This document shows positions 62,915 to 64,000 of a DNA stretch of 64,000 bases, piece after piece (position 1 is the stretch's first letter; the number at the start of each line of letters is the position of its first letter). The translations under genes and the position numbers were made by a program. The notes beneath the pieces are model-generated. The model was not told the origin of the DNA and did not search any database. It worked only from the letters and a program-made list of their open reading frames with translations. Source of the DNA: Angustibacter luteus (lineage in GTDB: Bacteria; Actinomycetota; Actinomycetes; Actinomycetales; Angustibacteraceae); contig NZ_BAABFP010000004.1 of the NCBI RefSeq assembly GCF_039541115.1, positions 248,001 through 312,000 of the forward strand. The letters run 5' to 3'.

Positions 62915-62926
62915 GGGGGTGCTCCT

Positions 62927-63673
62927 TCAGTCGGTCTGATCTTCGACGGCGCGCTCGGCGCCGCGCAGGGCACGCTGCCGCAGAATCGGCCCGAACGCGA
63001 CCCAGGACGACGCCACGACCAGCCCGCCGACCAGGAACCCGGCGAGGACGTCGCTCGGGAAGTGCACGCCGAGCAGCAGCCGGTCGAAGCCGGTCGCCAG
63101 CACCAGCAGGGCGGCGACGGCCAGCAGGGCCGCCCGCCGGCGGCGCTTCTCGGCCGGTCGCCACAGCAGCACCACCAGCAGCGTGCAGCCGAGCATCGCG
63201 TTCAGCGCGTGCCCGGACGGGAAGCTGTACCCGCTCGCGGACGACACCGGGTGGTCGAGCACCGGCCGGGCCCGGGAGACGCCCAGCTTGATCAGCGCGC
63301 CGAGCAGCGTGCCGACGAGCATGGTGATCGCCGCCCACAGGGCCGCGGTCCGGGCGTCGCGGCGCCACAGCCAGATCGCGGCGAGCAGCACCGCGAACCG
63401 GAAGACGAAGGGGTGCAGCACGTAGCCGCCGATGTCCGCGGCATCGGCCAGCCACTCGTGCCGCAGCGCCCAGCCGGTCGTCGTCGTGACCACCCGCTGG
63501 TCGAACCGGACGACGGGTCCCGACGAGTCGCGCACGAGCAGGGCCAGCACGGTCACCAGGACGGCGCTCACGGCCATCGCCACCACCCCGGCGAGCAGTC
63601 GCGGCCGGGCCCGGCGGGTGTCGACCTCGACCGGGCTGGAGCTGCCGGCGTCGCCGGGACGACCAGCGGTCAC
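62927..63673 (-). CDS. PAP2 family phosphatase
   Basis: KLGVSRARP, YSFPSGH, DRLLLGVHFPSDV. Start approximate (GTG overlapping the upstream stop). Confidence 0.88.
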   Translation of the reverse strand: MTAGRPGDAGSSSPVEVDTRRARPRLLAGVVAMAVSAVLVTVLALLVRDSSGPVVRFDQRVVTTTTGWALRHEWLADAADIGGYVLHPFVFRFAVLLAAIWLWRRDARTAALWAAITMLVGTLLGALIKLGVSRARPVLDHPVSSASGYSFPSGHALNAMLGCTLLVVLLWRPAEKRRRRAALLAVAALLVLATGFDRLLLGVHFPSDVLAGFLVGGLVVASSWVAFGPILRQRALRGAERAVEDQTD

Positions 63674-64000
63674 GAGGAGAGGACCCGGTCCGCGGGCAGC
63701 CGGATCACCAGGGCACCCGGGTCGACCCGGGCCCGCAGCGCCCGCACCTGGCCGACGACGTCGCCGTCCAGCTGCGCCTCGGTCGGCCGGTCCACCCGCA
63801 CCGAGATCTCGTGGCAGCGCATCCGCTCCACCCGGTGGTGGCCGCGGCGGGTGAGCACCCGGACCGCGACGGTCGCCCAGCTGACCAGCCCCTTGGGGGT
63901 CAACGTGACCGCGTCGAGCCACCCGTCGTCCACCTCGGCGTCCGGGATGAGCCGGATGCCGCCGGTCAGGGTCCCGCAGTTGCCGACCAGCAGGGTGCTG
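63670..64000 (-). CDS. Diacylglycerol/lipid kinase family protein, C-terminal part (starts beyond the window end)
   Basis: STLLVGNCGTLTGGIRLIPDAEVDDGWLD...AQLDGD...VDPGAL; frame open to the window edge. Confidence 0.85.
   Translation of the reverse strand, partial: STLLVGNCGTLTGGIRLIPDAEVDDGWLDAVTLTPKGLVSWATVAVRVLTRRGHHRVERMRCHEISVRVDRPTEAQLDGDVVGQVRALRARVDPGALVIRLPADRVLSS

Overview
High-GC actinobacterial chromosome segment, probably near oriC. Family assignments come from motif recognition only; no searches were run. (1) 1-9.7 kb is an accessory, defence-like block: a truncated gene missing from the ORF track (candidate restriction endonuclease), a C5 cytosine methyltransferase, vsr, three small or membrane genes, and a tightly coupled three-gene operon. 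The operon encodes an EACC1-like small protein, a protein joining an intact caspase-like (peptidase C14) domain to a catalytically degenerate CHAT-like domain, and an 814-aa TPR-like protein. It is the best candidate here for an uncharacterised conflict, immunity or cell-death system. (2) 9.8-23.8 kb is the conserved ppiA-rhomboid-(DnaA boxes)-crgA-DUF881-sortase-trpG-pknB-pknA-pbpA-rodA-pstP-fhaB-fhaA-tRNA-Leu(CAG) cluster. (3) 23.8-36 kb holds variable genes, including an O-acyltransferase / HAS-like processive GT2 / GH26 polysaccharide cassette. (4) 36-64 kb holds housekeeping and envelope genes (aldo/keto reductases, Fpg/Nei, ECF sigma, APH-like kinases, arcA, GT-C mannosyltransferases, larB/larC, pheA, PAP2, DAGK), a vapC remnant, several intergenic hairpins and many apparently leaderless promoters. 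No CRISPR array, rRNA, integrase or transposase was recognised.
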